From an uncultured Candidatus Saccharibacteria bacterium (GTDB lineage Bacteria; Patescibacteriota; Minisyncoccia; Phycocordibacterales; UBA918): a stretch of 64,000 nt of DNA. The notes below the pieces were generated by a model, which worked only from the letters and a program-made list of their open reading frames with translations, did no database searches and was not told the DNA's origin. Where the stretch lies: NCBI GenBank assembly GCA_964350985.1, contig CAYGLK010000002.1:382-64381 (forward strand). Reading direction: 5' to 3'. Both the position numbers and the translations under genes were made by a program. Positions 1-10,385 of the stretch are shown here, in pieces (positions within the stretch are counted from its first letter, which is position 1; the number at the start of each line of letters is the position of its first letter).

Positions 1-137
1 TTATCTATACCAACAATAACCGTCTCATACTTGGCTTTATCTAATGCCTCAATAATATTCTTAGCTGACAAAAGCGATATTTCATGTTCGGCAGATTTTC
101 CACCACATAAGATGATGACGTTTGTTTTTTCTTTCAT
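1..137 (-). CDS. ddl: D-alanine--D-alanine ligase, N-terminal part (runs off window edge)
   Basis: Manual translation MKEKTNVIILCGGKSAEHEISLLSA matches the Ddl N-terminal GGxSxEHEIS motif. Confidence 0.85.
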   Translation of the reverse strand, partial: MKEKTNVIILCGGKSAEHEISLLSAKNIIEALDKAKYETVIVGID

Positions 138-168
138 ATTGTTTAAAACTAGCCCTTAAGCGAAAAAG

Positions 169-211
169 TTATAAAAACAGGGACTCCTAAAAGGAGTCCC
201 TGTTTTTATAA
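169..211. terminator. Inverted repeat, probable intrinsic terminator
   Basis: TTATAAAAACAGGGACTCCT-aaa-AGGAGTCCCTGTTTTTATAA just downstream of the glutaredoxin gene. Confidence 0.7.
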
Positions 212-224
212 GCAGCTTGTTTAA

Positions 225-458
225 CTAAGCCAACAATTCCTTTATCTTCCCTTCATCAAACCCGACCACCACATCATCTCCAATTCGAATTACTGGCACC
301 CCCATTTGTCCAGTCATATCGATCATCTCTTGGCGTTTTTCATGATCTGCGGCCACATCATGTTCTGTAAAAGCAACATTATTTTCCTTAAAGTAATCTT
401 TAGCAGCATGGCAGAAATGACATACTGGAGTACTGTAAATTGTAACTGTTTTGTCCAT
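225..458 (-). CDS. Glutaredoxin-like (NrdH/YruB-type) redoxin
   Basis: YSTPVCHFC CxxC motif, GQMGVPVI, 77 aa. Confidence 0.9.
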   Translation of the reverse strand: MDKTVTIYSTPVCHFCHAAKDYFKENNVAFTEHDVAADHEKRQEMIDMTGQMGVPVIRIGDDVVVGFDEGKIKELLA

Positions 459-500
459 ACAAAAAATTTATTTTTTAATTATCTACTATTATATCATCTA

Positions 501-878
501 TTACCAAAACCGATACCAAGCTCTTTTTGTGGTAGTGGAGGTTGTTTCTACTACTTCTGGTTCTGATTTATTTTCATCGTCTAAAATAATAATTAATTGC
601 TCGCCTTCACGAGTAATATCAAATTGCCGTCGCAGTTCAGCTTCAATACCCCTCTCGTTTGTTAGATAGTTAACTTCTTTTTCGAGTGATTGACGCCTGG
701 TTTCAAGCGCCTCAATCTCTGACTCAACAGCACTGCGTCTTTCGTCCATATCTCTGGCGATTAAGTACCGATTATAGGCACTTATCAATACAAATATAGC
801 TAAAATTAAAAACAAAGCTTGTGTCACTCTTGAAGCGACAATACTCTTCATTTTTCTTTTTTGCTGAAAATCAAACAT
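501..878 (-). CDS. Septum formation initiator (FtsB/DivIC family)
   Basis: TM helix, coiled coil and GIEAELRRQF..REGE motif; start re-called at MFDFQQK. Confidence 0.7.
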   Translation of the reverse strand: MFDFQQKRKMKSIVASRVTQALFLILAIFVLISAYNRYLIARDMDERRSAVESEIEALETRRQSLEKEVNYLTNERGIEAELRRQFDITREGEQLIIILDDENKSEPEVVETTSTTTKRAWYRFW

Positions 879-898
879 GTGGTAATATTCTAGCATCT

Positions 899-1021
899 AT
901 GAGCATACTTTTTTCAAAACGCGGCAAAGGCATTATTAAGTGGATTTGGATCGTTATGGCAATCATGATTATTCTAAGTATGATCTTTGCCTATTCTGGA
1001 GGAGCTGGAGGACTATTTTAG
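899..1021 (+). CDS. Small (40 aa) membrane protein
   Basis: MSILFSKRGKGIIKWIWIVMAIMIILSMIFAYSGGAGGLF: basic N-terminus plus one TM helix; fills the intergenic gap. Confidence 0.55.
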   Translation: MSILFSKRGKGIIKWIWIVMAIMIILSMIFAYSGGAGGLF

Positions 1022-1057
1022 TCTTATTTAAAATAAAGGGAAAATGATCAAAAGTGA

Positions 1058-2851
1058 CTAGTCACTTTTGATCATTTTCATAAACACTTCCTGAGGGATA
1101 TTTACTCTCCCTTTTCCAAGTTCAAGCGCTTTTTTCTTTCCTTTCTTTTGCTTCTCTCGCAGCTTCATCTTTCTAGTAATATCTCCTCCATAAAGATATC
1201 CGGTCACGTCTTTTTTGAGTGCAGAAAGTGTTTTTGAAGCAATAATCTTTCCTCGAACTTTTGTTTGGATTTTTGTTACATATTGCTGTCTCGGTAGGTT
1301 TTCATACAATTTTTCAACTGTTGCTCTAGCATCAAATTCAGCCCTTCTATCACCTACCACTCTAGAAAAAGCGGTGATTAGTTCTTCAGCTACTAAGACA
1401 TCTAATCTAACAACATCTGCTGGTCGCATTTCTGCAATTTCATATGAAAGTGAGGCGTAGCCACTACTAACATTTTTCAACTTATCAAAAAAGTTCCGCA
1501 TTAGTTCGCGCAAAGGCATTTCAATAGTGACCAAGTTACGCCCATCAGTCAAAACTTCCGTCTCCAATACACCTCCTTCGTGGTCAAAAAGCAGGTTCAT
1601 GATATTACCGACATACTCTGGTGGCGAAATAATTTGTCCCATCAGCCAAGGTTCACGAACGGTAGCTTGAACGCCATATTCTGGAAAACGAGTTGCTGCA
1701 TAGATGGACTCTACTTTACCGTCAGGATAAGTAACTTCATAAGCAATTGAAGGCGAAGTAATAATAATTTCTAGATTAAATTCTCGACGTAATCTTTCAG
1801 TCACAATTTCGAGATGAAGCATTCCCAAAAAACCGCAGCGGAAACCTCGTCCAAGAACACCAGAAGATTCTTCCTCATAAGAAAGAGACGAATCTGAAAG
1901 CTTTAAACGATCCAGGGCTTGCCTAAGTACTGTAAAGTCGTCCTGACTATCAGGGAAGACAGAGGCCCAAACCACCGGTCTAGCCTCCTGGTAGCCTGCC
2001 AGAGCTTCTGCAGGCCGTTTTTCTAGTATTAGAGTGTCTCCGACAGTAGCTACTCCAGGTTCTTTAATACCAGTCACGATATAGCCAATCTCTCCTGCCT
2101 CTAGTTTATCTACCGGAACTTCTCCCGGAACAAGTTTACCTACTTCAAGTGCGGTAAAAGTCTTCCCGCTAGCAACAAACTTGAGTTGGTCACCTTTCTT
2201 TACCTCACCATCAAAAACACGCATAAAGACAATCACTCCTCGGTGGTTAGAATATTGGAAGTCAAAGATTAAGCCGCGATAAGCATCTAGAGCGGTTTGC
2301 CTTGGTGCTGGAATTTTTTCACAAATTGCCTCAAGTAAGTCCGGGACTCCAGCTCCAGTTTTACCAGAAACAAGTAAAATATCTTCACGTTCACAACCAA
2401 GTAGTTTCATTACCGAAGCTCCGATTTCTTCTGGTCTAGAGTGCCCCATATCTGTCTTGGTCAAAACAGGAATTATCTTAAGCCCTTGTTCTTTAGCCAT
2501 CTGCAAAGTAGTTAGAGTTTGTGCTTGTACTCCTTGCGTACTGTCTACTAGTAAAAGCACTCCTTCTACCGCCTTTAGTGCCCTGGACACTTCATAAGAG
2601 AAGTCGATGTGGCCTGGAGTATCGATAAGATTGAGTTGAAAATCTTTTTTATTATGGACATAACTCATTCTAACGGGCTGCATTTTTATCGTAATACCAC
2701 GTTCACGCTCAAGTTCCATTGAGTCGAGAATTTGGTTCATCATCTTACGATGTTCTACCGTTTTGGTATGTTCAATCATCCGGTCAGCCAGAGTGGACTT
2801 TCCGTGGTCAATATGAGCAATAATACTAAAATTTCTAATCTGTGTTTCCAT
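1058..2851 (-). CDS. lepA: Elongation factor 4 (LepA)
   Basis: IRNFSIIAHIDHGKSTLADR, DTPGH, GFRCGFLGMLH and GGDITRK motifs. Confidence 0.98.
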   Translation of the reverse strand: METQIRNFSIIAHIDHGKSTLADRMIEHTKTVEHRKMMNQILDSMELERERGITIKMQPVRMSYVHNKKDFQLNLIDTPGHIDFSYEVSRALKAVEGVLLLVDSTQGVQAQTLTTLQMAKEQGLKIIPVLTKTDMGHSRPEEIGASVMKLLGCEREDILLVSGKTGAGVPDLLEAICEKIPAPRQTALDAYRGLIFDFQYSNHRGVIVFMRVFDGEVKKGDQLKFVASGKTFTALEVGKLVPGEVPVDKLEAGEIGYIVTGIKEPGVATVGDTLILEKRPAEALAGYQEARPVVWASVFPDSQDDFTVLRQALDRLKLSDSSLSYEEESSGVLGRGFRCGFLGMLHLEIVTERLRREFNLEIIITSPSIAYEVTYPDGKVESIYAATRFPEYGVQATVREPWLMGQIISPPEYVGNIMNLLFDHEGGVLETEVLTDGRNLVTIEMPLRELMRNFFDKLKNVSSGYASLSYEIAEMRPADVVRLDVLVAEELITAFSRVVGDRRAEFDARATVEKLYENLPRQQYVTKIQTKVRGKIIASKTLSALKKDVTGYLYGGDITRKMKLREKQKKGKKKALELGKGRVNIPQEVFMKMIKSD

Positions 2852-2886
2852 AATTACTTGTACTCTACCTTAGTTCAGAGAAAAAA

Positions 2887-4563
2887 CTAGAGGCTATCTG
2901 CTGGCATTCCCACAACCTTGTTTTTAAAGACTTTAGAGTGCAATGAACGGTAGATTTCACTTAATTCATTGGAGCCTAATAGATAGTAAGTAATCAAAGC
3001 CCCTAATAGCCCAACAAGGCCTGCTATACCACCCTGAATCATGATTCCGATAAAAGTCTGTTGATTGATTCCATCAACGACAAAATTTAACGCTCCATAA
3101 GAAGCAAAAGCGGCCACCAAAGCTGCGAGTGTTGCTGTAGATAGATGTTTAGCCAAGCCTGTCCATTTAATGTTGAATTCACGCGTTGTTACAATAAACA
3201 TCAGTAATGCTTCTACTAAGATACCTATCACAAAAGCAGCGCCAAGAATTAACACCTCGGTTCCAGCCAAATCCTCAACTCTAAACAGTGTCTTAAGCCA
3301 AGTGTTTAAATAAGGATAAACTTCAATTAGTTTCAATGAAGATATCATTGCCACAACTGACACCAAAGCTCCAAATAAAGCTATCAGGAGTGGCATTCTG
3401 GTCTTTCCAGCTGCATAAAAACTACGGACAAGCAAAAGTAATATTGATTGAGCTGTTAGCGAAACAATGAACAGAGCCAAGACGGCTGCAGTCAGCCTGG
3501 TATCACTCCAGCTAAATTCCCCACTTCCTAAAACTACTCTGACTATCTGTGCTCGAAGAATAATTACTAATGCAATGATTGGGAAAGACCAAAAAATAAT
3601 ATGTCTAAACGCAGTTAAAAGATGGTTATTGAAAGCTTCCGTCTCTTTTTTAGCAAACAAATCTGCCAAGACCGGAAAAGCGGCTACCGAATAACTCATC
3701 CCAATAATTACTAAAGGTACTGATTGAAGATTGAGCGCAAACTGAAAAACAGAAACAGATCCAGCACTCATCATAGTAGCTACTCCAACCAAAACTAGTA
3801 AAACTATTTGATGTAAGGAAAGTGTCAAAGCTCTAGGCAAAGCTACTAAGACCACCGACTTGATTAGGTTACGATCGAATACCCGAGATACTCCGAAGGC
3901 TAGCTCACTTTTACACACCAAAGGTAACTGGACTAGCATATGTCCAACGGCACCTAAGACCACACCTAAAGCTAAACCTTGAATACCAAAGTAGGGATAG
4001 AAAAATACAATACCGATAATAATACCGATATTGTAAATTAATGGACTGATGGCATACAGGACAAAACGATGGGAAAGCTGTGTCACAACCCCAAAAAGAC
4101 TTGATACTCCCAAAAGAAGTGGTTGCAACAACAAGATTCTAATTAGATTGACCAGTATATTTGAATCATCTACTAATCCGGGAAAGAAGAAAGGAGTAAT
4201 ATATGGAACTGCAAAGAAAACAATGGTCGCAACAATAATGTATCCCCAAAGGAACAGAGTGAACATCTGACTCAGAACTTGAGCTCCTGCCTTTGAATCG
4301 ACTGAGGCTCTGGCTTTTGTAACAAAAGGCAAAAGCACATAGACCGAAAGAACAGAAACAAAAATCACAAAAAGAATATCTGGAATCCTAAATGCAGCGT
4401 AATAGAGATCAAGCTCATTACTAGCACCAAAGGTATGAGCTAAGAGACGATCTCTGACCAAAGCCAATAACTGCGAACCAAAAGCAAATAAAGCTAGAAT
4501 ATAGGCCGCTTGATGTAAGCCGCGAATTTCGCTATAAACTAATTTTAATACTCTTTTAACCAT
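2887..4563 (-). CDS. murJ: Lipid II flippase MurJ/MviN
   Basis: LVRDRLLAHTFG..D.Y.AAFRIPD N-terminal motif; many TM helices. Confidence 0.9.
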   Translation of the reverse strand: MVKRVLKLVYSEIRGLHQAAYILALFAFGSQLLALVRDRLLAHTFGASNELDLYYAAFRIPDILFVIFVSVLSVYVLLPFVTKARASVDSKAGAQVLSQMFTLFLWGYIIVATIVFFAVPYITPFFFPGLVDDSNILVNLIRILLLQPLLLGVSSLFGVVTQLSHRFVLYAISPLIYNIGIIIGIVFFYPYFGIQGLALGVVLGAVGHMLVQLPLVCKSELAFGVSRVFDRNLIKSVVLVALPRALTLSLHQIVLLVLVGVATMMSAGSVSVFQFALNLQSVPLVIIGMSYSVAAFPVLADLFAKKETEAFNNHLLTAFRHIIFWSFPIIALVIILRAQIVRVVLGSGEFSWSDTRLTAAVLALFIVSLTAQSILLLLVRSFYAAGKTRMPLLIALFGALVSVVAMISSLKLIEVYPYLNTWLKTLFRVEDLAGTEVLILGAAFVIGILVEALLMFIVTTREFNIKWTGLAKHLSTATLAALVAAFASYGALNFVVDGINQQTFIGIMIQGGIAGLVGLLGALITYYLLGSNELSEIYRSLHSKVFKNKVVGMPADSL

Positions 4564-4578
4564 GCACTAAATCCAACT

Positions 4579-7113
4579 CTATTCTGCAGGATTATTAGCA
4601 TCTTCTGCTTCGGTTGGCTCTTCTTCAGTGGTGTCTGCGTTTTCTTCAGAAGTATTAGAACCTTCTTCACCTTGTCTATTTATATTAGTAACAAGATCAG
4701 TATCAGATTCTCTGTCTGTAGTTACCACATCTCCGTCTTGAACCACTCCATCACTACTACCAATCGGAATGCCGAAGCTATTGTCTGGCTTAATATAATC
4801 ACCATTCTCAACCTGAGTAATAATATCTTTTACTAGTTGACTATCTTGGTTGTCTTCAAGAATAATTCTCAATTGTGCCAAAGCATCTTCCTCTCGACCA
4901 AGGTCAAGGTAAGTCAAAGATAAGAAGTATCTTGCGTTAGCATAATCATTACTTAACAAGATCGCTTGCTCAAACGCTGCCGCCGCTTCAGTAAACTTTT
5001 GATCAGCTCCTAGAAGTAATCCAAGTTGGAAATATCTAACTGGATTATTTGGTTCAATAAGGATTATTGAACGAGCGAACTGTAATGCTGACTCAAGATT
5101 ACCTTGTTCAATGTCTAGTTGTGAAAGTAGGTATAGGGCGTCAGTGTAATTATTCTTTAGATTTACAGCCTCTATTAGATACCTTCTAGTTTCATCAAAT
5201 TGTTCTAACCTAGCTTTATGTTGTGCCAATAGTACCAAGTAGAGAGGATTTTTTGGTTCTAACGCTCGAACCTTTTCGAACAAAGCTTCATTTCTAGCTA
5301 CGACACCTTCAAATTCCTGAGGGTTTAATAGATTGTAGAAGTTACTCAAAAGAATATAGTTTGTTGGATTTGTAGAATCTAAAGCAATAGCCTGCTGTGC
5401 TAATTCAACCCCTTCAGATAACATTCGTGCATACAGAGCCTGATTTTCTTCAGAGACCTCCAGACTATTTAGTCTAGCTATTTCTGCTAATCTGAGTTGC
5501 GCTCTTTCAGCCACAAACAACTCTTGAGGATTCAAATTCTGAGCTTTAACTAATCCTGCATCAGTCTCAGCAAAACTCGCACCATTACTAAAGTTGTTTA
5601 CTGTATTGATGTAGGTGGTATTAGACATAAACTGCTTACTGACTCCCGCTAAAGCTAGCGAACCACTTCCAAAGAGTACTATTGCCACCGCAATCAGAAC
5701 AAAGCCATATTTTTTATTGCCAACCACATCAAACTCAAAAGTCTTTTGCTTTCTTGATGAAAGGCCAGCCGAAACCGCCAAACCACTCATTAGAACTGTT
5801 AAACATAAGACTGTCACACCAGGCACGTAAGCAATAGCTAGTAGCCAGAGATAGACAGACGAGACAAACGAAATAACTCCGATAAGGTACCAACCGTGGT
5901 CAGTCACTTCCCTAACAAAAATATTTCGATAAGTTGTATATAGGAATGTTCCCAAGAAGATCAAGAAGAACAGACTGCCGGCAATACCAGTGGTGATAAA
6001 GATTGTTGACACATAACCACTACCTGAAGTGAAGTTAGTATTCCAAAAAGCAGTTTCATTTATTATCGGGTTTTTGTACAAACGCCAAGCATCTTCAAAT
6101 CTATTTGGCCCTATTCCCAACAACGCATTCTCAGAATAAACAGCTTTAGCTATATCTAGAGTTGAATCAATAGAAGGTCTAATCTCAATATAACTGATGC
6201 CACTAATAGAATTTGCTTTGCCTCCGAAGTAATCCCCATTTATAACAAAGGCTGCTGAAGTGATAAATATCAACCCTACAATCGCTAGAGTAAAATATGA
6301 AGTTGGAGTTTTGTTTTCTTCACTATCTTTTAACCAAGTGTCCTTAGAAATAAAATACAAAACAGCTAATAGACTTACGAAGCCGATAACTACCCAAATA
6401 AGGTAAAAGTTAATGATAGCCAAGAGCAGCAAGGAGTTAACTACGAGTACTGTAGCTACTATTTTTCCAAAGATTCTCTGGGCTAACTGTGGTAACAAAA
6501 CCAAAGTAACCAAAAGTACCAAACCAGAAAAAATAGCCAAGTCATTTAAGCCACCTATGAGTGACGAGGTGTTAATTGGAAACAGTCCACCGAAAGATAA
6601 AGTTTCTGGACCAAAGAATAATCTAACTAGATGAAAGATTTGTAGGATTATTGTAGAAACAGATAGTAAAGTAAAGAGCTTTATGACTGTCTTTTTTGAC
6701 TGACTTAAGAAAAGCATTGCTGTCATTACTAATCCAAGAAGGATCAAAAAACCGACAGTATGGATCTCAAAACTATTCCCGGTGAAAGCGTCTAAACGAT
6801 CTCCTGACAAAGCGGCCGCTACTGCTGCCATAGCAATAAATGCCCAGAAAAATATTATCGTTTTTGGTACAAAGACTGAAAGTCTTCCACTTCGCAGAAC
6901 ACCTAAAACAAATAATGTCAGTGCAGCAAAGATTCCGATAGCTAAGAGGTAGATCTTAGCAAAACCCAGAGACGCATAAACGTTTGGAATGAACAATATT
7001 GGTAATAGACCTAATGTAATTGCTAATATATTCTGTGCGGAGGCAAAGAATGAACTACTCAATTTATCTTCCGTTTTTGGTTTAATTTGCGGCGAAAAAA
7101 TATTTTGTTCCAT
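4579..7113 (-). CDS. Polytopic membrane protein (O-antigen ligase-like) with C-terminal TPR repeats
   Basis: About 13 TM segments, LLGIGPNRF loop motif, TPR-like helical repeats, acidic tail. Confidence 0.65.
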   Translation of the reverse strand: MEQNIFSPQIKPKTEDKLSSSFFASAQNILAITLGLLPILFIPNVYASLGFAKIYLLAIGIFAALTLFVLGVLRSGRLSVFVPKTIIFFWAFIAMAAVAAALSGDRLDAFTGNSFEIHTVGFLILLGLVMTAMLFLSQSKKTVIKLFTLLSVSTIILQIFHLVRLFFGPETLSFGGLFPINTSSLIGGLNDLAIFSGLVLLVTLVLLPQLAQRIFGKIVATVLVVNSLLLLAIINFYLIWVVIGFVSLLAVLYFISKDTWLKDSEENKTPTSYFTLAIVGLIFITSAAFVINGDYFGGKANSISGISYIEIRPSIDSTLDIAKAVYSENALLGIGPNRFEDAWRLYKNPIINETAFWNTNFTSGSGYVSTIFITTGIAGSLFFLIFLGTFLYTTYRNIFVREVTDHGWYLIGVISFVSSVYLWLLAIAYVPGVTVLCLTVLMSGLAVSAGLSSRKQKTFEFDVVGNKKYGFVLIAVAIVLFGSGSLALAGVSKQFMSNTTYINTVNNFSNGASFAETDAGLVKAQNLNPQELFVAERAQLRLAEIARLNSLEVSEENQALYARMLSEGVELAQQAIALDSTNPTNYILLSNFYNLLNPQEFEGVVARNEALFEKVRALEPKNPLYLVLLAQHKARLEQFDETRRYLIEAVNLKNNYTDALYLLSQLDIEQGNLESALQFARSIILIEPNNPVRYFQLGLLLGADQKFTEAAAAFEQAILLSNDYANARYFLSLTYLDLGREEDALAQLRIILEDNQDSQLVKDIITQVENGDYIKPDNSFGIPIGSSDGVVQDGDVVTTDRESDTDLVTNINRQGEEGSNTSEENADTTEEEPTEAEDANNPAE

Positions 7114-7160
7114 AAAGCATAAAAATTAATAACAACTCCCTGATTACGAAAATTATAACA

Positions 7161-7196
7161 TACACAAAAACACCTATTACTAGGTGTTTTTGTGTA
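7161..7196 (-). terminator. Hairpin terminator after rnpB
   Basis: TACACAAAAACACCTA-ttac-TAGGTGTTTTTGTGTA. Confidence 0.7.
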
Positions 7197-7526
7197 CATG
7201 TAAGCCGAATTCTGTCAGGATTGCTCCTGGATGATCATATACCTAGGATGAATGTTGCCATTCACCTCATGCGGCTCTCTGGAGAATTTTTTCTTTAGAA
7301 AAAATTCTCCAGCACGGCCTTGCACGCGAGTAAGGATTTTGCCGTTTCACCCGATATATCTCTATATCGATTATTCCCGAAGGAACCCATTTGCTTTCGC
7401 TAGCGGCGTCACTGCTCGCACCTCTATGTATTACTACACGACGGGAATTACCCGCTACCCGGCTCCAATTTTACTTGGGCGTGTTCGGACTTTCCTCCCC
7501 ACAAAGTGAGGCGATCATCATGTTCA
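7193..7526 (-). ncRNA. rnpB: RNase P RNA
   Basis: Minus strand has GAGGAAAGTCCGAACAC near the 5' end and ACAGAATTCGGCTTA near the 3' end (universal P4 elements); ends approximate. Confidence 0.93.
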
Positions 7527-7543
7527 TATATTATAACACAGAA

Positions 7544-8119
7544 TTAAAACTTTGGTAGTGTCACCTCTTGGCCAAGGGCAATGGTGTTACTCTCAATAAA
7601 ACCAGCGTTTGTTTCGATAACATACTTTGCTTCTACTTCAGGAGTGAAGTTTTCTGGAAAACTTTCAGGTGTAGCTCGTTTTCTATAATCAACAATCTTA
7701 TTATTTTCATCCACCCAAATAATGTCGATAGCATAATTCATATCCTTCATCCAGATTGAGTGAAAGCCGCTAGTGTCAAAGACAAAAAACTTAACTACTC
7801 CCTCAGGTAGATAAGGAGTCTCAGACAAACCTTTTATTCGATCTGGCCAAGAAATAGCTACCGAAGCCTCCACAGTAGTTGAAGCAATTGTCATTGCCTC
7901 AGTCTCGGGGAAATAAGTCCTCCGTACATAATCTTCAGTCAGTTCAGCTTTTCCTATTTCTTGATCAGGCTTCTTTTCTTCATTTATAGCTAAGTTATTT
8001 TGTACCGGTACATCAGTATTTTGATATTGATAAAAAAATACCAAGACCCCAAGAAGCATTACTCCCATCACTCCTAAAAGTGAATAAGTTAACCAAGGAT
8101 TAATGTTGTTCTTAGACAC
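7544..8119 (-). CDS. DUF192 family membrane-anchored protein
   Basis: IWMKDMNYAIDIIW and AKYVIETNAG motifs; N-terminal TM. Confidence 0.85.
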   Translation of the reverse strand: MSKNNINPWLTYSLLGVMGVMLLGVLVFFYQYQNTDVPVQNNLAINEEKKPDQEIGKAELTEDYVRRTYFPETEAMTIASTTVEASVAISWPDRIKGLSETPYLPEGVVKFFVFDTSGFHSIWMKDMNYAIDIIWVDENNKIVDYRKRATPESFPENFTPEVEAKYVIETNAGFIESNTIALGQEVTLPKF

Positions 8120-8125
8120 AATAGT

Positions 8126-8530
8126 TTATTTTAGTAACATCCAAATATAGAAAGCACTTCCGGCCACACCAGCTCCCAGTACAGTTCCCCAAGCAATATC
8201 AATAAATACGATAGACAACGGCCAGTCTTTCAGCAAAGCCAAATTGGTTAACTCATAAGTAACATAAGTAACAAAACCAAAGAAGGCACCATAACCAATA
8301 GCATTGATCAACTTTCCCTCAATCACAGCAGGGTAAGTAGCAAAAAAAGTTAGCCCCGCTAGAAAGATAAAGTAGAAAATAATGGCAGCAATCCAATTCA
8401 CATCACCGAGCAAGTGACCTAGTCTGTCTTGATAAATATCTTTTGCAATCACTCCCAACCACAGCAAATCAATCAAAAAGAAAAGCGGTACGCTGATAAA
8501 ATATAGAGTTAAAAATACTGGAATATTCAT
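8126..8530 (-). CDS. DUF2177 family membrane protein
   Basis: IDLLWLG...TYELTNLALLKDWP...DIAWG pattern. Confidence 0.85.
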   Translation of the reverse strand: MNIPVFLTLYFISVPLFFLIDLLWLGVIAKDIYQDRLGHLLGDVNWIAAIIFYFIFLAGLTFFATYPAVIEGKLINAIGYGAFFGFVTYVTYELTNLALLKDWPLSIVFIDIAWGTVLGAGVAGSAFYIWMLLK

Positions 8531-8534
8531 ATTA

Positions 8535-9407
8535 TTATTTTTTAATTGAATCTAATAAAGCTGCTGTTGAAGCTAGATCACGGTTAGCACCAGCATCGAT
8601 GATGATTGTGTTCCCGTGAGATGCAGCGGTAGTAATAGCATCAATTCTATTTGTGTCAGTTAAGAACTGGACCGCTCTTTCTGAATCTAGTCCAGCCTTT
8701 TCCATCGTCTTCATCGCACCCTCAAGTCCTTTTGCAATCGCTTCTCGCATCTCAGCCATACCTTCTCCTTGAAGTTTCTTACTCTCAGCTTCTGCTTGAG
8801 CTGCACCTACCAGTTTAATTCTTTCAGCTTCTGCTTCATTGCGAGCAGCTTCCATCAAACGTTTACTAGCAATAACTTTATTGAAAGCATCTCGTACCTC
8901 GACACTCGGTTGTGGTTCATCCACTAAAACGTTTTCGATGATGTAGCCAAAACGTGCAAATTGTTCTGAGAGAGCTACTTGGACTTGTTGTTCAACTGAA
9001 TCGCGGTTGGCATAAAGTTCGGTCATCTCCATCCCGGAAGCAGTCTGACGCACGTTATTTAAGACATAAGAAGTTATTTGTCTCTCTGGAGCTTCAAGTT
9101 CGTAATGCGCCTTAACTGCACCAACTGGTTCATTACTAGCTTTGTACTGCACCTTAACCGGTAAGGTCATAAAAGCATTGTCACTAGTTTTTACTGAGAC
9201 ATCCGCATGAATCTCTTGCAGCTGAAGATTTACACGCGCCACAATAGCGGTAATTGGCCAAGGCCACTTAACTCTCAAGCCCGGAAAAACAGCCTGCTGG
9301 TGTGGTCGCCCGAAAGTCTCTAAAATAACCGCGGTCTTTCCTTTAACCACATAAACTATTGACGGTAAGAGCAGCAATAAAACAATAATCAGAATAAACC
9401 AAAACAT
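8535..9407 (-). CDS. SPFH/band 7 (stomatin-like) protein
   Basis: N-terminal TM, VKTSDNAF, AEAESKKLQGEG coiled coil; start re-called at MFWFILI. Confidence 0.88.
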   Translation of the reverse strand: MFWFILIIVLLLLLPSIVYVVKGKTAVILETFGRPHQQAVFPGLRVKWPWPITAIVARVNLQLQEIHADVSVKTSDNAFMTLPVKVQYKASNEPVGAVKAHYELEAPERQITSYVLNNVRQTASGMEMTELYANRDSVEQQVQVALSEQFARFGYIIENVLVDEPQPSVEVRDAFNKVIASKRLMEAARNEAEAERIKLVGAAQAEAESKKLQGEGMAEMREAIAKGLEGAMKTMEKAGLDSERAVQFLTDTNRIDAITTAASHGNTIIIDAGANRDLASTAALLDSIKK

Positions 9408-9443
9408 ATATAATGTATTAACTAAATATGTACTAATTATAGC

Positions 9444-9476
9444 AAAAGCCGGCAAGCTACGCTTGCCGGCTTTTTT
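9444..9476. terminator. Hairpin terminator downstream of ZIP gene
   Basis: AAAAGCCGGCAAGC-tac-GCTTGCCGGCTTTT. Confidence 0.7.
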
Positions 9477-9492
9477 GTTTAATCACTTGACT

Positions 9493-10296
9493 TTATATAT
9501 GATCATCGTGCTCTTCATGGTCTTCAGCATGTTCACCATCTCCGTGTGAGTGACCTTCAGACAAAGCGTTAGAGATTAACCCCATCAACATCACTCCAAT
9601 CAAAACAAAGACTAGGTGTTTGAAAAAAGTTTGATTGCTTCCATGATGTGATTTTTTGGGTAGCAGGTCGTGGATAACGACGCTCAGGAAAAATCCAGCA
9701 CTAATTGCTAACAGCCATACTTCAAGACCTTCCAAGGTAAGGGCTACGTAACCTAAAGCCACTCCGACCAAAATTGTGCTAGAGACGGCAAAATTTATAG
9801 TCAAAGCTTTAGCAACAGAATAACCGGCCTGTCTTAAGACAAAGAATTCTGACATTTCTTGTAAAAACTCATGAATCAAAATGGAAGCCAAGGCCGCCAG
9901 ACCTAAGGTTGGAGAAGCGGTAAACGCAACCACTATCACAACACCGTCGGCTACATTATGGATCGCGTCCCCAACAATCAACTTACGAGCAGCCCGATGT
10001 GACTTATGGCAGTCAGTATCATGATGGTGATGCGTTTCAGGTAAAATTTTATGTAGTGCCCAAGCCAATATGTATCCAAGAGATATTAATAAAGCACCCT
10101 CCCAAACTGAGTTAGCCAGTTCAAAAACTTCCAAAGACAGAGCTCCAGCAGTCACTAAGAAAACACCTGCCGAAAAAGAAACTAAGAAAGAAAGATTTTC
10201 TTCAATAAATTTTCTGGCTGTCTGCTGAAGAAACAATACTCCACTTAAGGACACCAACATTACAGCCAAAGCAGCTAACAAGACCTCAATTAACAT
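9493..10296 (-). CDS. ZIP family metal transporter
   Basis: GDAIHNVADG and IHEFLQE motifs, His-rich loops; start re-called at MLIEVLL. Confidence 0.9.
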   Translation of the reverse strand: MLIEVLLAALAVMLVSLSGVLFLQQTARKFIEENLSFLVSFSAGVFLVTAGALSLEVFELANSVWEGALLISLGYILAWALHKILPETHHHHDTDCHKSHRAARKLIVGDAIHNVADGVVIVVAFTASPTLGLAALASILIHEFLQEMSEFFVLRQAGYSVAKALTINFAVSSTILVGVALGYVALTLEGLEVWLLAISAGFFLSVVIHDLLPKKSHHGSNQTFFKHLVFVLIGVMLMGLISNALSEGHSHGDGEHAEDHEEHDDHI

Positions 10297-10318
10297 AATC
10301 AGATTTCTTAAATAATAA

Positions 10319-10335
10319 ATGCAAATCATTTGCAT
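10319..10335. promoter_or_regulatory. Fur/Zur-type operator candidate
   Basis: Perfect 8-1-8 palindrome ATGCAAAT-C-ATTTGCAT between the divergent ZIP and Fur-family genes. Confidence 0.6.
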
Positions 10336-10385
10336 ATTAGCATAGATATGTTAATATGCAAATATCAGAGTTAATATATCTTTTT

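Noticed and set aside
7252-7509. 85 aa + strand ORF
   Set aside because: Antisense to the RNase P RNA gene.
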